DNA from: Azolla caroliniana
Lineage: Eukaryota; Plantae; Polypodiophyta
Direction: 5' to 3'
DNA: 64,000 nt
NCBI GenBank assembly: GCA_043228905.1
Contig: JBHGNT010000009.1
Location: 6,634,001-6,698,000, forward strand
The position numbers and the translations under genes were made by a program. The notes under the pieces are model-generated. The model worked only from the letters and a program-made list of their open reading frames with translations. It had not been told where the DNA came from and did no database searches. This document shows, in pieces, positions 35,301-48,913 of the stretch; position 1 is the first letter of the stretch; each line of letters starts with the position of its first letter.

Positions 35301-38300
35301 TATGGTTCCTGATATTTTTAATGATTATTTTTATAATGTAAATTCTAAATATGTTAAGAAACATGCAATGCATGTATGAACTATATGTATAATGTTATGT
35401 AATATATATAATGTGGAACATACATGTATAAAAGGATGTCTATGAAGGAAAGAGAATGAAGAATAGTTTCAGGTGATGTGCACACAAAATGCTGCTCACA
35501 TAGAGAACCTAACCTAGTCTTAATGAGAAGCATTAATGCGACGTGGATAGACACGTGGTGAGCAGAGGTGGAATATCTTATCATATACATCTAGTCTCCA
35601 GATGTTCAAAGAGTATTATTGTGTATATATGGGCCTGATGTAGGCCACTAGATTACCACGATATTGAACACATACTCTGGATCCATAAGGGCTTGTTTGT
35701 TTTTCTTTAAGCTACTTGCTCAGCTGATGTGCTTATTTCAGCAGGAATAGACACCAATAGAACTTTGCCTTGGTTGAAAATTACTGGTTAAAGGAGACCC
35801 AATTAAAGTTCTTCTTGTTAATACACTTGGTTCACCATGCCTATTAGCAAACTCATATTATTAGCTTATGTACTGTAGACCAATCTTGTAAGTTAATAGG
35901 TTCTTGTATATCTACAATAAATAGTAGCCTACTCATAAGTATTTTCAACATTTGAAGTTGCTTCTAAATCTTGCCATATTGTGCACATTAATGTGTATAT
36001 GTATATTGATATGAGCATGCATTACATATGCCTCTGCCCATTCACTGAAGAGGTATTCCAGTAACAAACATTGTCGTGATGTGACATGTGTCAAGGGAGA
36101 AAAACGCCTAAAAGCCAAGTTTTAAACGATGTGAAGGTTATGGTTGAAGAAGGAAATCAAAGGAGTTTATGTGAGATGAGAATCAAACCAACAATTGAAG
36201 ATAGCTCAAGTGGCATAAGCTAACTACTTGAACAATAAGGACAAGGGTTTGAACCTCGCTAGGGGCAACATAGGGGGAAAGGTGATTTATAATAAATGAG
36301 ATATAAGAATGAGGTATGGGATAAAAACAAAAGGAAGGATGCACATTTTGCAAAAGTCGAGTATCATCGAAGGACATACAACAAAAGGAAATATCTATTT
36401 ATGTTAATAAGGCTCTTTAAAAGCTACAAAAGGAGGAAGCGAGCTCATTGCCAAAGATCAACATTCTAAGAAATAGGACCCAGGCTTTCACAACTAATGG
36501 ATTATCAGAGGATAGCAAATCATGAGGGTTTGTAGGAGGCCTACGACGACAAAATGCAACGTGGTTGTCAATTGTAGACTTGTTATGCTGAAACTTGAGG
36601 ATTTGCTTGACTCCCTTTTGATTTTTTATATGTTTTATCATCCCACACTCTCACATCCTATGCATCAATTTTGATTATTGTTGTAAAAAAACAATTGTAT
36701 CTTGATATCAAGCCTTTCGAGAATTATTGTAACAATTTTGATTTTTGCTAAAACTCAATTGTATCTTGATCTCAAGCCTTTCGAAAATTATTGCAAGTTG
36801 TTAAAAGTATAGTTTTATGGATAAAGATTCATGTTTTCATGAAAAGAAGAATTGTAAATTTTGCTCCTCATAATTCGAGATTGAATGAGGATCAGAACAG
36901 GATTTTTGGCTTGATCATCTGAGCACCGAGGCAAAATCTACACACAAAACTATCCTAAATTTATGAGAGGCGGTTTTCGGTTCTGTTCAGCACGCCATCG
37001 TCTTGTGGTTTCTGTGGGGAACATGAGAAAAATATCAGATCGAAAATCCGAGTCCCTGAGAAAGAAAGATACATTAATGTATTTTAAGAGCATTGGATTC
37101 CCTCTGCTTCTATGTCATGGATTCCCTAAGTAATCAATCCACATTACTTGATCTCTACATTAATCCAATGTGGATTCCCTCTGCTTCTAAGTCACCTAAG
37201 CTGAATGGCTCCAACTACAGTATGTGCTCGTTATTCTACATAGAATCGTACTTTATCTGGTTCAATCCACCCTGGTGAAGGAAACTGCTGTTGAAAAATG
37301 AGGGATTGGACTTCATAAAAAGAAAGATTGAAACCATTAGAAACAACATGGATTGTCCCTAAGTAATCAATAAAACAATTCCAAAAACATATATGACACC
37401 CTTGCAGTTGTGTGTGAGAAAAGTTGTTAATAGCAGCAGCAGAAGAGTTAGAACAAAATAGACACAGGCAAGCTGTGAGAAGGCTATTAGACAGCAGTAG
37501 AAAAATGGTTGCAAAGAGTAGAGACACAACCAAATAATAGAGCTTGTTTTTAAGTAGCAACCAAAGTAAAAAAAGTCTTTACAAAAGAGGCTGGTATGGC
37601 CTATTTATACAAAATTGGAGAAAGTGGGTGAAATGGTTGTTTGGTAGTAAAGTGGCTCTTGTACTACCAAACAAGTACAAAAAACTAGGAATAAAAGGGA
37701 ATATCTTGGAAAAAGTAGAAGAGAAAAAAAAGGCATTTAAAGCATTACAAATTCTAGAGAGAGAAGGCATTAAAGGAGTTGCAGATTCTAGAGAGGGAAG
37801 AATCTAGGAAGGGAGAGAATATAGTACAAAGATAATAAAGATGAAAGAGAGTGTAGGGCTGGAGCTGCCACCCTCCAACACCTCCTCTCAGCTCCAGAAC
37901 GGCGGTCCAACATTGAGTCGATCAAGGAGCTGATCAATGGCTTGCCTTGGAAGTGGCTTAGTAAATAAATCAGCCACATTTTCTTGAGTAGGGCAATATG
38001 CCAAGTTGATGACTTGTGATTTCACTAAGTCACGAACAAAATGGTAGTGCACTTCGATGTGTTTTGTTCTACCATGAAATGTTGAGCTATGTGCCAAGGC
38101 ACATGCACTTTGGCTGTCGGTGAAAACTGCAATAGGAGAGTCTTGCAAAACACCAATGTGAGAAAACAATTGCATCAACCATAGCAACTCATAGTAAGTA
38201 TCCAAGTAGGCGCGATATTCAACTTCCATCGATGAAGTAGAAACTGAGTTTTACTTCTTCGATTTCCAAGAAATCAAGCCTGAATCTAACATAAAACAAT

Positions 38301-41300
38301 AGCCAGATGTGGACCTTCTAGAATCAATATCACCTGCCCAATCAGCATCTGAGTAGCCAACAAGCTCAATGCCGCCTCTAAAAGACAGACCATAGTCGAG
38401 TGTGTTGGCCAAATACCGAAGAACTCGAATAGCTACTTGCCAATGACTTTGTCTTGGAACAGTTGAGAATTGGCTGAGAATACTCACGCTATAGGACAAA
38501 TCAGGCCTAGTATAAGTTAAGTGAAGAAGGGACCCAATTAACCTCCTATATTTCGTGATATCCTCAAATATGGGAGAATCGTCTTCACGAGATAGCTTTG
38601 AGTTTGGATCCATTGGACAGGAGAGTGGCTTGCAATTTGTCATGCTATAGGTCTCAAGGAGCTGCCTGAGATACCTATGGTGGCTGAGAAAGATACCACC
38701 ATGTGATTGATAGACCTCCATACCTATGAAATAATGGAGAAGTCCTAGATCAGTCATTTCAAAGGTTGTTTTGAGGTCAGCGTGGACCTCCTCGATTTTA
38801 GATGCAAGGGACCCCGTAATTAGAAGGTTGTCAACATATAATATGATCAAGCAAAGCAAATTATCTTGGGAAAAAACATAGAGATTGCTGTCAGCATTGT
38901 AGTTTTGAAACCCAAGAGAGAGAAAGAAGCTATCAATTTTGTCATGACAAGCTTTGGGAGCTTGCTTTAAGCCATACAAGCCTTTGTGTAACCTGTAGAC
39001 CATGTTTTTCTGCTCTAAAATCTCGAAACCTGGAGGCTGTTCAACATAAACCTCCTCTTTCAAGTCACCGTTAAGGAAGGCTGACTTGACATCCATTTGA
39101 AAAATGGGCCATTTGTTGTGAGCAGCAAGTGCAAGTGCACATCGGATAGAGGTGTACCTTGCTGTTGGAGCAAAAGTTTCCTCGTAATCCACTCCTTCGA
39201 CTTGTGAGTAGCCTTTTGCCACTAAACGTGCCTTGTGCTTATCCAAAGTACCATCAACATGGTATTTGGTCTTGAAAATCCATTTTAGTCCAATGACTTG
39301 TCGATGTGGAGGCCGCGGGACCAGCTCCCATGTATGATTCCGCTCAATGGAATCAAGTTCAACTTCCATTGCTGCTTTCCACTTTGGAAAAACAAGGGCC
39401 TCTTTTGCTGTTGTGGGTTCTTTTGATTGCACAACAGTGCACAATAAGGCAAAGTTGCATGAGTGAAGAGGCCGTTGTGACTTGCGTGTTCAAGAACCAG
39501 ATGTATACTCCTGAAGTTTAGCATCAGAGAGATGAGAATCACGAATGGTGGCTTGAAGCCACTTGGGAAGTGGTGGAAGCTGGTTTGTAGAGGGAGGGGA
39601 AACAAGTGGAGTTGAGGGAGAGGATTGAATTGTCGGCGAAGTTAGAGATTGAGTAGGAGGAGATGGGGGACTTGAAGATGAGACATCTTTGTCTAAAATA
39701 GGAGATTCTGGAGGAGCTGGGATTTCAACCATGAACTCAGGTGAAATCCTAGAATCATCTGACTGAGACTCCACAAAATGAACATCCCTAGAGATGACTA
39801 GGGGCTTTGACTCTAAATCCCATAACCTGTATGCTTTAGATTGTGTACTGTAACCAAGAAATTTGCATTTCTTGGTTTTGGACTCAAATTTCGTCCTTTT
39901 ATGATCTGAAATGTGAACATAAGCATCACAACCAAAGACTTTAAAATGAGATACTGAGGGCTTTACACCTATAAATGCTTCTTTAGGCGTCATTCTAGCA
40001 ACTGCTTTTGTTGGGCAGCAGTTGATGATGTAGACTGCTGTGTTGACAGCTTCACCCCAAAACGAGAGAGAAAGATCAGATTGAGATAGCATCGTACGAG
40101 CCATCTCTTGGACTGTCCGGTTCTTCCTTTCCACAACTCCATTTTGTTGAGGAGTATTGGGTGTAGAAAATTGGCGAGCAATGCCTCGTTGAGAGTAGAA
40201 ATGGTGGAAAGCTTGGGAGATAAACTGTCCACCATTGTTCGACCTGATCTTTCGAACTTTCTTCGATGTCTCATTCTCCATGAGAGTTACCCATTCTTGA
40301 AATTTTGCGAAGGCTTGGGATTTTTCTACAAGAAAATAAACCCAAACCTTGCGGGAGAAGTCATCAATTATAAGCATGAAGTAGCGTGCACCACCAAGAG
40401 TAGTGGTTTTCATGGGACCACAAAGATCCATGTGCACTAACTCCAAGATAGATGTTGCCCGGTGAGTGGCTTCATGAGGGAAAGGCTCTCAATATTGCTT
40501 GCCATGAAGACAAGCAACACATGGGGTATTGGGAGATTTGAAAATAGGAAGACCCTCAACTAGTTGGGAAGAGGAGAGCTTTTGAAGAGAATCATAGTTG
40601 AGATGACCAAACCTAGCATGCCACAACGTGGGATCTTCTTGTGCCACCAAGGCATGAGAGCCTTGAAGAAGATGAAGAAGATGAGATTTGGAGTTTTCCA
40701 AGGGGCTATGGGAGCTTTTTAGGTGATATAAACCCCCTTCTTGTGTGCCACTAGCTACAATTTGTAGGCTGTTGGTGTCAATCACTTCCAAAACTGAGCT
40801 ATCAAAGTAGACTCCATAACCTTGCTTGGTGATTTTGTAAACCGAAAGTAGGTTGGTAGAGATGCGAGGCACATGTAGCACATCTTGAAGAATGACAAGC
40901 TCTTCACTTGAAGAATTGTCAAGAAACACATTACCCACACATGAAGCCTCAATGCTTGAGGCATCTCCTATAGAGATTTGGGAAGAGCTAGGCTTCACAT
41001 CATGCAAAATGGATTTGTCATAGGTCATGTGTGAAGTGGCACCACTATCTACTAACCACTCATCGATGGTTGAAGTAGTTGGTCCTGCCAAATGTGAAGT
41101 ATGTTCCTCAATGCCAAGGAAAATTGTTTCTTTGGCTGAGTGGGCCGAGTTGGATTTCGGTGTAGGTTGATTTTTGGTAGAAGAAGAGTTCTTAGCATTG
41201 TCCCTTTTCTTTTTCCAACAATCTGGTTGAATGTGACCTTTGTAGCCACAATAATGACAAGTGAGTTCCTTGTAAGCTGGTTTGTTTGGCGGTCTTGGAT

Positions 41301-44300
41301 TGGGTTTTTTGTAGGAGTTACCATTTTGCTACCACTTGCCTTTACTTGTCGCATGTAGAAGCGTCTCATTGGAAGTTTGAGCACTTTTCTTCCTTGTTGC
41401 CCTATCTTGTAGCATACCAAGAATCAAGTGTGTTGGGAAGAAGAGAAATTGTGTCACAAAATGCTGAGAATGACTCAGGCAACTTTATCATCAGACAATG
41501 CACAAACTCAACTTCAGTTGACTTGCTTGCCAAAGAAACTAGTTCCTTTTGGATAGTAACAAATTGTGTTATTTGATCCATGATGTTGGGAGTGTCATGA
41601 ATCTTGAGATTAGCTAGTTGGTTCTCAATAGCTATCATTTGAGCATGATTTAGCTCGATGGTACCTCTTTTTGATGGATGTCCATATTTCATTGGCTGTC
41701 TCTTCATCTGTATCTTGAAATTGACGAGCGATGCTCGGTTTAATATTAAACATGAGGAAAGCATGGGCATGAGAATCCTTATCTAGCCAAGCTTCAGTCT
41801 CAGTGTTAGATGAACCAGCAACTGATTTGGTTGAAGAGGATGAAGTTGCTGGTGGTTTCTTGTCAGTACCATTGACTACATTTCATAAACGATGGTATTG
41901 TAGCAAGGTCTTTATTTGCAGCTCCCAATCCAAGTAATTGTTCCCATCCAAGATGGACTCTTTGGGGAGTTGGGGAATGGTTGATGAAACAATGGTGGTA
42001 TGTGAGGCCATGGATATCCTCCTCTTGAGCTACAATTGGACAATTTGCAGTTGTAAGTAGATGCTCAGGGTCGTTCAACTTCTCCCTAGATGCTAGGTGA
42101 GGCTCAAATGAGGGGAAAAGAAAATAGAAGAACCTCCTCTGGAGGTTGGGAGGGTGGCTGCTAAGAGAACCTCCTCTATAGGGTTGGGAGGGAGGGATAA
42201 AAGAAGATAGGTTTGTGTGCTCTTTGGCAAAAAAAAATCAGGCTGAGGGTATGAAGACCTCACTGCTTTGATACCATGTGAGAAAAGCTGTTAATAGCAG
42301 CAGTAGAAGAGTTAGAACAAAATAGATACATCCAAGCTGTGAGAAGGCTGTTAGACAGCAGTAGAAAAATGGTTGCAAAGAGTAGAGACACATCCAAATA
42401 ATAGAGCTTGTTTTTAAGTAGCAACCAAAGTAAAAAAAGTCTTTACAAAAGAGGCTGGTATAGCCTATTTATACAAAATTGGGGAAAGTGGGTGAAATGG
42501 TTGTTTGGTAGTAAAGTGGCTCTTGTACTACCAAACAGGTACAAAAAACTAGGAATAAAAGGGAATATCTTGGAAAAAGTAGAAGAGAAAAAAAAGGCAT
42601 TTAAAGCATTACAAATTCTAGAGAGAGAAGGCATTAAAGGAGTTGCAGATTCTAGAGAGGGAAGAATCTGGGAAGGGAGAGAATATAGTACAAAGATAAT
42701 AAAGATGAAAGAGAGTGTAGGGCTGGAGCTGCCACCCTCCAACATTGTGTCCTTACAAAGTGTCAACAGGTTATTATCATTTTGGTGTTTGTTTTCAATC
42801 TTAGCAACCCTAAATTTGCCTATATAACTCAAAAGCTGCGTACATTCCTTTGGCATGTGTATCAGTATTCGTAGAGTAGTAAATTGTTATCTTATGATTG
42901 GTGATTGCAGGTGGCCGTGAGCAAAGGGTATATGTTCCAACCAGACACTTCAAGATGATTTGTTTCTCATTGACGAGTTAACATCATCAACAGTTTTAAC
43001 CATTGCTATGTTCAATAGGAAATTACGGTCTTTTCTCTATTTCTTTCTCGTATTCATTAGTTGCTGCTTTTATAGTTTAGTGATGGGGTGGCTAAGCTAC
43101 ATGGATAATGATAGAAAAGTGGACTGTATGAAATATAGTTGTACTGTAAGTCAAGGAATTCGTTGTTCTTTTTTCAATTTTATATCTACAAGTGAAATGA
43201 ATTCCATTTGCTTTCTTACAGGGCCTTACAATTCCAGTTCATACACATCATATCCAAGGTAGGATTAATATTATGGTGAACCATAGCTTGAGGATTATGT
43301 ATCTATTAAGAATGCTGATTATGCCTTGTTACTTGATATTTTTGTAGAAATTAAGAGTCTTGCAGACTACATTCTTCTTGTTGAGAAAGAGACTGGTCTG
43401 TTATACTGATTCATAACAAATAAATAAAGATTGTCCAAGGTGGCCTTGGAATATCATTCAATCTGATCCCTTTTTGTTTACTGGCACAGTATTCCAGCGC
43501 CTTGCAGATGATGGATTTTGCTTCAATAACCGTTGTATAATTGTCACTGTAAGACTCCTCTCTTGTAGTCCAAACATCAAGGCCATGATTTATAGGACAA
43601 ACTATTGTTCTATAATCCACATTGTGTCTTTGTTACCATAAATCCTCATCTCTATTCCTTGCTTAAATCAAATCATGTTCTTTTCATTTTTCATTGAAGA
43701 TATATGAATGGTGCGTACAGTTGGTACTTTGTTGACAAGGATTGCTTTGTCTATTTTCCTGTTTACCTCTGTCAGAGGATTCTATTCTAGTAATATCTGC
43801 TTTAATATATGTTCCGATAATGCCTTTTCTGACATCCAAAACATATTTATCCTCATAATTACTGATGCACCTATGATTGTGTTTGAGGTATTCTGATAAT
43901 TTTTTGTTGCTTCGCAGGGAAAGGGTTATCCAGATGTTGCTACAAGAAGGTGGTTCTCTGGATAATTTGGTTTAAAGAAACTATTAGAGATGAGGATTTA
44001 AACCTAGCTTCTCTCATACTGAACCTCTTTCAATCAGCTTTATCCGGATTCTCACGGACACACTTGGCCTCCCTGTTTATGGATTGGTTGATTTTGATCC
44101 TCATGGCGTGGATATTCTTTTAACATACAGATTCGGCTCATTGGTATTCCAAGTTATTCTTTACTTAGTTTTCAACTCAGTTCTTCATGATTTTAGCATG
44201 TATCAGTTTATAACAACAATTACATACAACGATCTTTTTTATTAGATGATATATATTCGGTTAAAGTTGAATTTAGGGAATATTTTATTAAGTACCATCC

Positions 44301-45716
44301 TTTTTTAAGTGTATTTGCCACACTTTTTACTTAACGAATAGAAACCTGAACCAAAACGCTTATAATTTAGTAATGTGCTACTGATATGGGTGCATATTAA
44401 TAACATTTGCTTAATTAATGTGGATTATATAGACTAGTACTTAATTTACACCGAAGTCTTGATTAATTGGCATCACATTCCTTAATTAAGTTTGATTCTT
44501 GACATTTTCGGATTTCTTGAGCAAAACATGTGGCATCTTGACATATACATTAAAAAAGAGTGGCACTTTGGCAAATGCACTGAAAAAAGAGGCATTTTGA
44601 AAAACAATCCCTGAAATGTAAATGATTGTCTATAAGAGGTATGCATATGTATGTAATTGTTGATGGGCTCTGAGCTCTTTATATGATATAATGTTTTCAT
44701 TATGTAAAATTTTAATGGTTTGTATAATGACTTTTTTCATTTTTTCAACGTTTTATGGTTTATATATAGAATATGGCTTACGATGCTGCTGCATTGGCAA
44801 CCAATGGAATTTATTGGATAGGAGTCTTTTTCTCCGATTGTGAAGCTTTTGGACTAAAGAAAAACTGCCTTCTTCCACTCACCGATAGAGGTATAAATTT
44901 AGTGTCTATATAACTGCCATATACAAATGTTATTATTTAATTTTGAAAAAAACACCATAGTACTCCCTATTGTTTTGGGTATACATTAGAATAGCTAAGT
45001 TTTTCGAATGACCAGAATAACCCAAAGTTCAAAAGAAAAGGTACCAGAATATCTCTCTGTACCTTGTCCCTAACACCGGTTTTGGAAGCCCAAGGCACTG
45101 ATTTTGTTGATGAAGCAAACAAGAGTAATAATCCTATTAGGGACAAGGTTAAACTCTTCAATCCATGACCGAACTGAAGGGGCATGTGTTGCCTAACTGT
45201 CTGTATGGGCACATCTAGTTACAAGGAGGGGGGTGTTAATTCTAGTAGAGTTTGAAAACGTAATGGTATTTTGGTAAATACCCAACAAGTTTGGGCTATT
45301 CAAATGTTTTGCACTTTGGTATTTTCTGTAAGAGAAATAAACGTATCTTCAAATTTGTATGGAAAGACATGCAAGGAAACTCTTACCGAGTCTCTGGTCA
45401 TTATTATTGTTATAGATAAGCAAAAAGCCTCAGCAATTCTGGAAAGGAACTATGTAACACGTTTTGTTCCTTGCTGGAGGTATAAAACTGCAAGTGAATC
45501 ATTTAATGGGTTTATTTGGAGAATGATTGATTCATGATTTGATAATGAATCTCTAGTTTTTTATTTTTTTACTTTTTCTTCTTCTTCAGGAATCAGGTAG
45601 AGCGAATGCTGCAAGAGGGTGTCAAATTAGAAATTGAAGCAATGGCTACAATTTCTCTTTCTTTCCTTGCCGAGGTGTTTCTACCGTCCAAAATAAACAC
45701 TAGGGCATATCTTTGA
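26359..45716 (+). CDS. SPO11-1: Meiotic recombination protein SPO11-1 (Topo VI A-like), 15 exons
   Basis: Exons 26359-26413, 26574-26673, 27567-27640, 29479-29580 and 35226-35299, then exons starting at about 42911, 43075, 43223, 43348, 43490, 43918, 44038, 44770, 45415 and 45590 (stop 45714-45716). Peptides: [22 protein letters not shown]; HASKRDIYY (catalytic Tyr motif); [22 protein letters not shown]; LVMGWL; [17 protein letters not shown]; [11 protein letters not shown]; [19 protein letters not shown] (TOPRIM DxD); GVKLEIEA. Order and exon number match what I recall for Arabidopsis SPO11-1. Confidence 0.95.
26471..26515 (+). repeat. (GAA)15 microsatellite in SPO11-1 intron 1
   Basis: Direct reading; preceded by a GGA-rich tract. 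Confidence 0.95.
27240..27595 (+). repeat. ~60 bp tandem repeat ending in SPO11-1 exon 3
   Basis: Repeated GGTCTGGAATCTATGAGAGAAGTGG-like and CCAATCATCTGGCATTGG-like units at ~27272, 27381, 27443, 27504 and 27566. Confidence 0.8.
28235..28880. repeat. ~330 bp tandem duplication in SPO11-1 intron 3
   Basis: Two diverged copies (TCCTCTTCAACAC..., GCATAAGATGTAC..., TCAAGAGCCTCAAT). Confidence 0.8.
30260..33300 (+). mobile_element. Degenerate LTR-retrotransposon-like insertion in SPO11-1 intron 4
   Basis: Starts TGTAAGAACCCG with TATAAATA at ~30366; C-rich internal region with local duplications. No intact domain or second LTR was identified. Confidence 0.4.
33300..34356 (+). mobile_element. 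RTE-like LINE 3' fragment in SPO11-1 intron 4
   Basis: Collinear with 50450-51510 (ATGGATCAGCCCC, GATGGCCCACTATAAGACA, GGTAATGGAATATGAGGACCAA, TATAGGCCATTTTGGCCTC); tail is (ATTC)n. Confidence 0.85.
37413..42744 (-). mobile_element. Full-length Ty1/Copia LTR retrotransposon in SPO11-1 intron 5; TSD TTGTG
   Basis: 468-bp LTRs at 37413-37880 and 42277-42744 (TG...CA). TTGTG lies at 37408-37412 and 42745-42749. PBS TGGTATCAAAGC follows the 5' LTR and PPT TGAGAGGAGG precedes the 3' LTR. Domain order gag-PR-IN-RT-RH. Confidence 0.97.
37888..41900 (-). pseudogene. Copia gag-pol, disrupted (protease [14 protein letters not shown]-pre-integrase, integrase, RT, RNase H)
   Basis: ORF pieces 41402-41770, 40489-41091, 39490-40446, 38251-39444 and 37888-38229. 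The RT motif reads YVDN instead of YVDD, and in-frame stops lie near 40489 and 38251. Confidence 0.92.
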
Positions 45717-48699
45717 AAGGTAGTGAATTGTTGCCATATGACAACATTTTAAGAAGGATGTAGTGTAGAATTTGTACGTGCACTAAATAAAGAAAGCCAA
45801 GAAGAATTGAAGAGATTTAATGTTTGGGAAGCTTGGTTGATAAATGCACAATGTGATTCTGTATTTGAATTGATAAAAATAAAGTTTTTGAAAAAGAAGC
45901 ATATACGTCTTCAAAAAAGAAAACCATTAGGTAAACATTAACTCCGCTCCTTAAATCCGTCCTTCACAAAAACTACTTAGGGGCTCATTAAACAATAAGT
46001 TATCTTCAGAGAGGCAGAGTTGACTGCTAAATAAACACTTTACTCTTGTAATTATTGTATGAGATTTGTTCTCTCTGGAATACTTCTATGGATCAAATGT
46101 ATAAAAGATAATTGTGGGTTTGATATATTGGAATGTGATGGGTGCATAATGAAAATTTAAAGCTCTGTTATTGCTTGTCTATTAGGTAACACAAGGGCAT
46201 TTTTTATTCGCAAGTGCTACACTTTTTGCAACACTAGAGAATAAAAAACTACTTCGTCTCTTTATGGACTTGCATACAGTGGTGAAAACATGCATTATCC
46301 TTGTATTTGTCAAATAAGATTTATATTTTCAAAAATGTTCATGGGACAAACTATTGAAAGATTCATTATATTGGATTCTCATTTATGTAAGCTGCATATT
46401 TATGTAAACTTTTCATTCCTTGAAACATCATAATGGTGCATAGTGAATTAATCAAGGTTCTCTAATCACTTTCAGTTTGTTAAACACAAATGAGGCATAA
46501 CGAATGTTTCAAAGTTCCTTGATAGTTTTCAAATCTTTCAAATACTGCCATCTTTTTATATCCTCTAGTGCATGGCGGCATTTCACCATATTTTTGTTAG
46601 CCTATTTAAGGTTCTTCTAAATTTATCTGTGCAACAGTGTGGTTTCTTTCTCAAATTCCATGGTAGATGTGTTTACCCCTAAACAGCCTTCCCTCCCTTG
46701 TCCCAACTTGAGTTACTAATTGTGAAAGCTTATGTGGGAAAGGTGAGAAGCAACAAGTTGTGCTAGAAATATTAGGGGAATAGACAATAGTCACAACCAT
46801 TGTGTGTGAGAGAGAATATTTATGTTTTTTGTCTCATTGTTACATTAAATGTACAAGTTAGTTGACAATAGTGGAGATATTCCCTTCTAGTCAATTGATT
46901 GGTCATTTAATGTGACCCAACTCCTTAGATAGAAGGTAGTATTAGATAGTACTTATCTTAAAGTCAAGGAACATACTTCAGGACTAAGTAATAAGTATAT
47001 CTCAACTTTCCCACATAGAATATTCTTTTGGTTGACTTGACTAGTCGATCCTATTACCCTACTTCCGTCTTTCCTACATATATTTTGCCCTACTCATCTA
47101 TGGTTTCCTACATTGACACCTTATTGACCCATATGGTCGGGTTGCACAATAGATACTCCTCATTTTGGCTCTTATCTAGAAAGCATTTTCAATCACGGGG
47201 TATTGTGGCTCTATTAACACTTCATTGTAGTGGTTCATTCAATAAGTGTCATGTCGTGGTTGGCATGGGATCATGTATCTTGGTGGGGCATAAATATTGA
47301 ACTCATATGAGCATATGGTGGTTCGTCGATTTACCTTCATTCCATTTAAGTTTGAAGGTGTATAGCCTTGGATGGAAATGGTGGCATGCTTTATAGAAAA
47401 GACAAGAATTTGGCTTAGAAACATGACAATCGAAGCTAATTCGTGGAATGTTATTAATGTTGAAAGGGATGTCAAACGTGTAAGGTATGTGATAGTGAAT
47501 TATTTGTTGACATCTTGGTAAAGTATGTTGGATTTTGTGCAATGGCACATCTTGCATGAGAAAAGGGGTGTGCCAATTCATTACAAATGGAGGTTTTGGC
47601 AACAACAAGATTGTTGAGGTGGGAAGGTAAGCAACTTCTTAACCTTCAATCTAATTGAATGGCTAGATTAGGTTTAGGGACAATCAAGGATGCCATGTTG
47701 GTGTCACAAAGAAGATTAATGGTCTTTCGAACAACAAAATCAACACTTTGTATCCCAAAAGGTTATAACTTTATCTTGGGGTAGGTTGCAAGGATTATTA
47801 TCACCATATGTACCAATTCTTCATTCAGTATGGTTTATTTTTTTGCACATATGGAGAACAATGAAGTGATGCTAAAGGGCTTCTTTTGTGGGCATGGACA
47901 GTGTTAGAGAAGTCACCAAATGTATGTGAACTCTCATGAAGAAAGAGAGAGAGCCCACTCTGGATGTAGCTCAATTGGTAAGGTTGGTCCAATGGAGACC
48001 AGGTGGTCATGGGTTCAACAATGCCAATAAGAGATATTTATGGAGTAGGCAATAGAGAGGTGAGCAAATTGGGTTTTGAACTCGAAACGAGGGTAAGCTA
48101 ATTACGATAAAAGAAACATAGCCAACTCTGGAAAGTCGCATACCATCATATATATATATATACACAAAGTTTTTAGTATCTAGTATTTAGATCTTTTGGA
48201 GAAGAGTTTGTATACATAATTAATATAAAGAAGATACTTACTCAACTCTTTCTTTTGTTGTTAACTAGTTAGTAGTGTTTTTACTTTCATAAGGAAAAGC
48301 CTCTTCTTCTTCTTTTCTTTACAAAGAGAGAGAGAGAGAGAGAGAGAGAGCAGAAAGAGCCTCTTCTTCTTTTATTCCACTTTAGAACTCAAAACTTTAA
48401 ACTCTTCTTCTTCTTCTTCAATCAAAGCTCCTTCTCTTCTTCTTCTTCTTCTTCTTCAAACCCACTTGAGTTGAGACAGATTAAAATGCAGAGCTCCTCC
48501 TCCTCCTCCTCCTCCTCCTCCTGACATCCATGCATTTCGAAAAAGAAAGAAGGGCGTTCACCAAATAAAGGGGTTTCGGCGGACAACGAAAGAGAAAGAG
48601 AAAGAGAAAGATCAAGGCAAAGAAAGAAAGGAAATCACAGGCAAAGAAAGAAACAAATAAAGAAAATCACAGACAAAAGACAGAGAAAGAGAAAGAGAG

Positions 48700-48788
48700 A
48701 TGGGGAGGCCCCCATCCGGAGGAGGATCCCAACCCTTCCGGTTCTTGCCAAATGAGGTAGTTTTCTTTACCCTAAAATTTGAGATACA

Positions 48789-48821
<33 letters not shown>

Positions 48822-48860
48822 GTTTATACATACATACATACATACATACATATATGTTTA

Positions 48861-48913
<53 letters not shown>

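Noticed and set aside
36071-37080. Possible solo LTR in SPO11-1 intron 5
   Set aside because: TG start and TATA-like box are present, but I found no matching end or TSD.
37544-37807. ORF repeated at 42408-42827
   Set aside because: Incidental reading frames within the two Copia LTRs.
46800-48120. Possible retroelement remnant between SPO11-1 and SHH
   Set aside because: No diagnostic motif or termini that I could verify.
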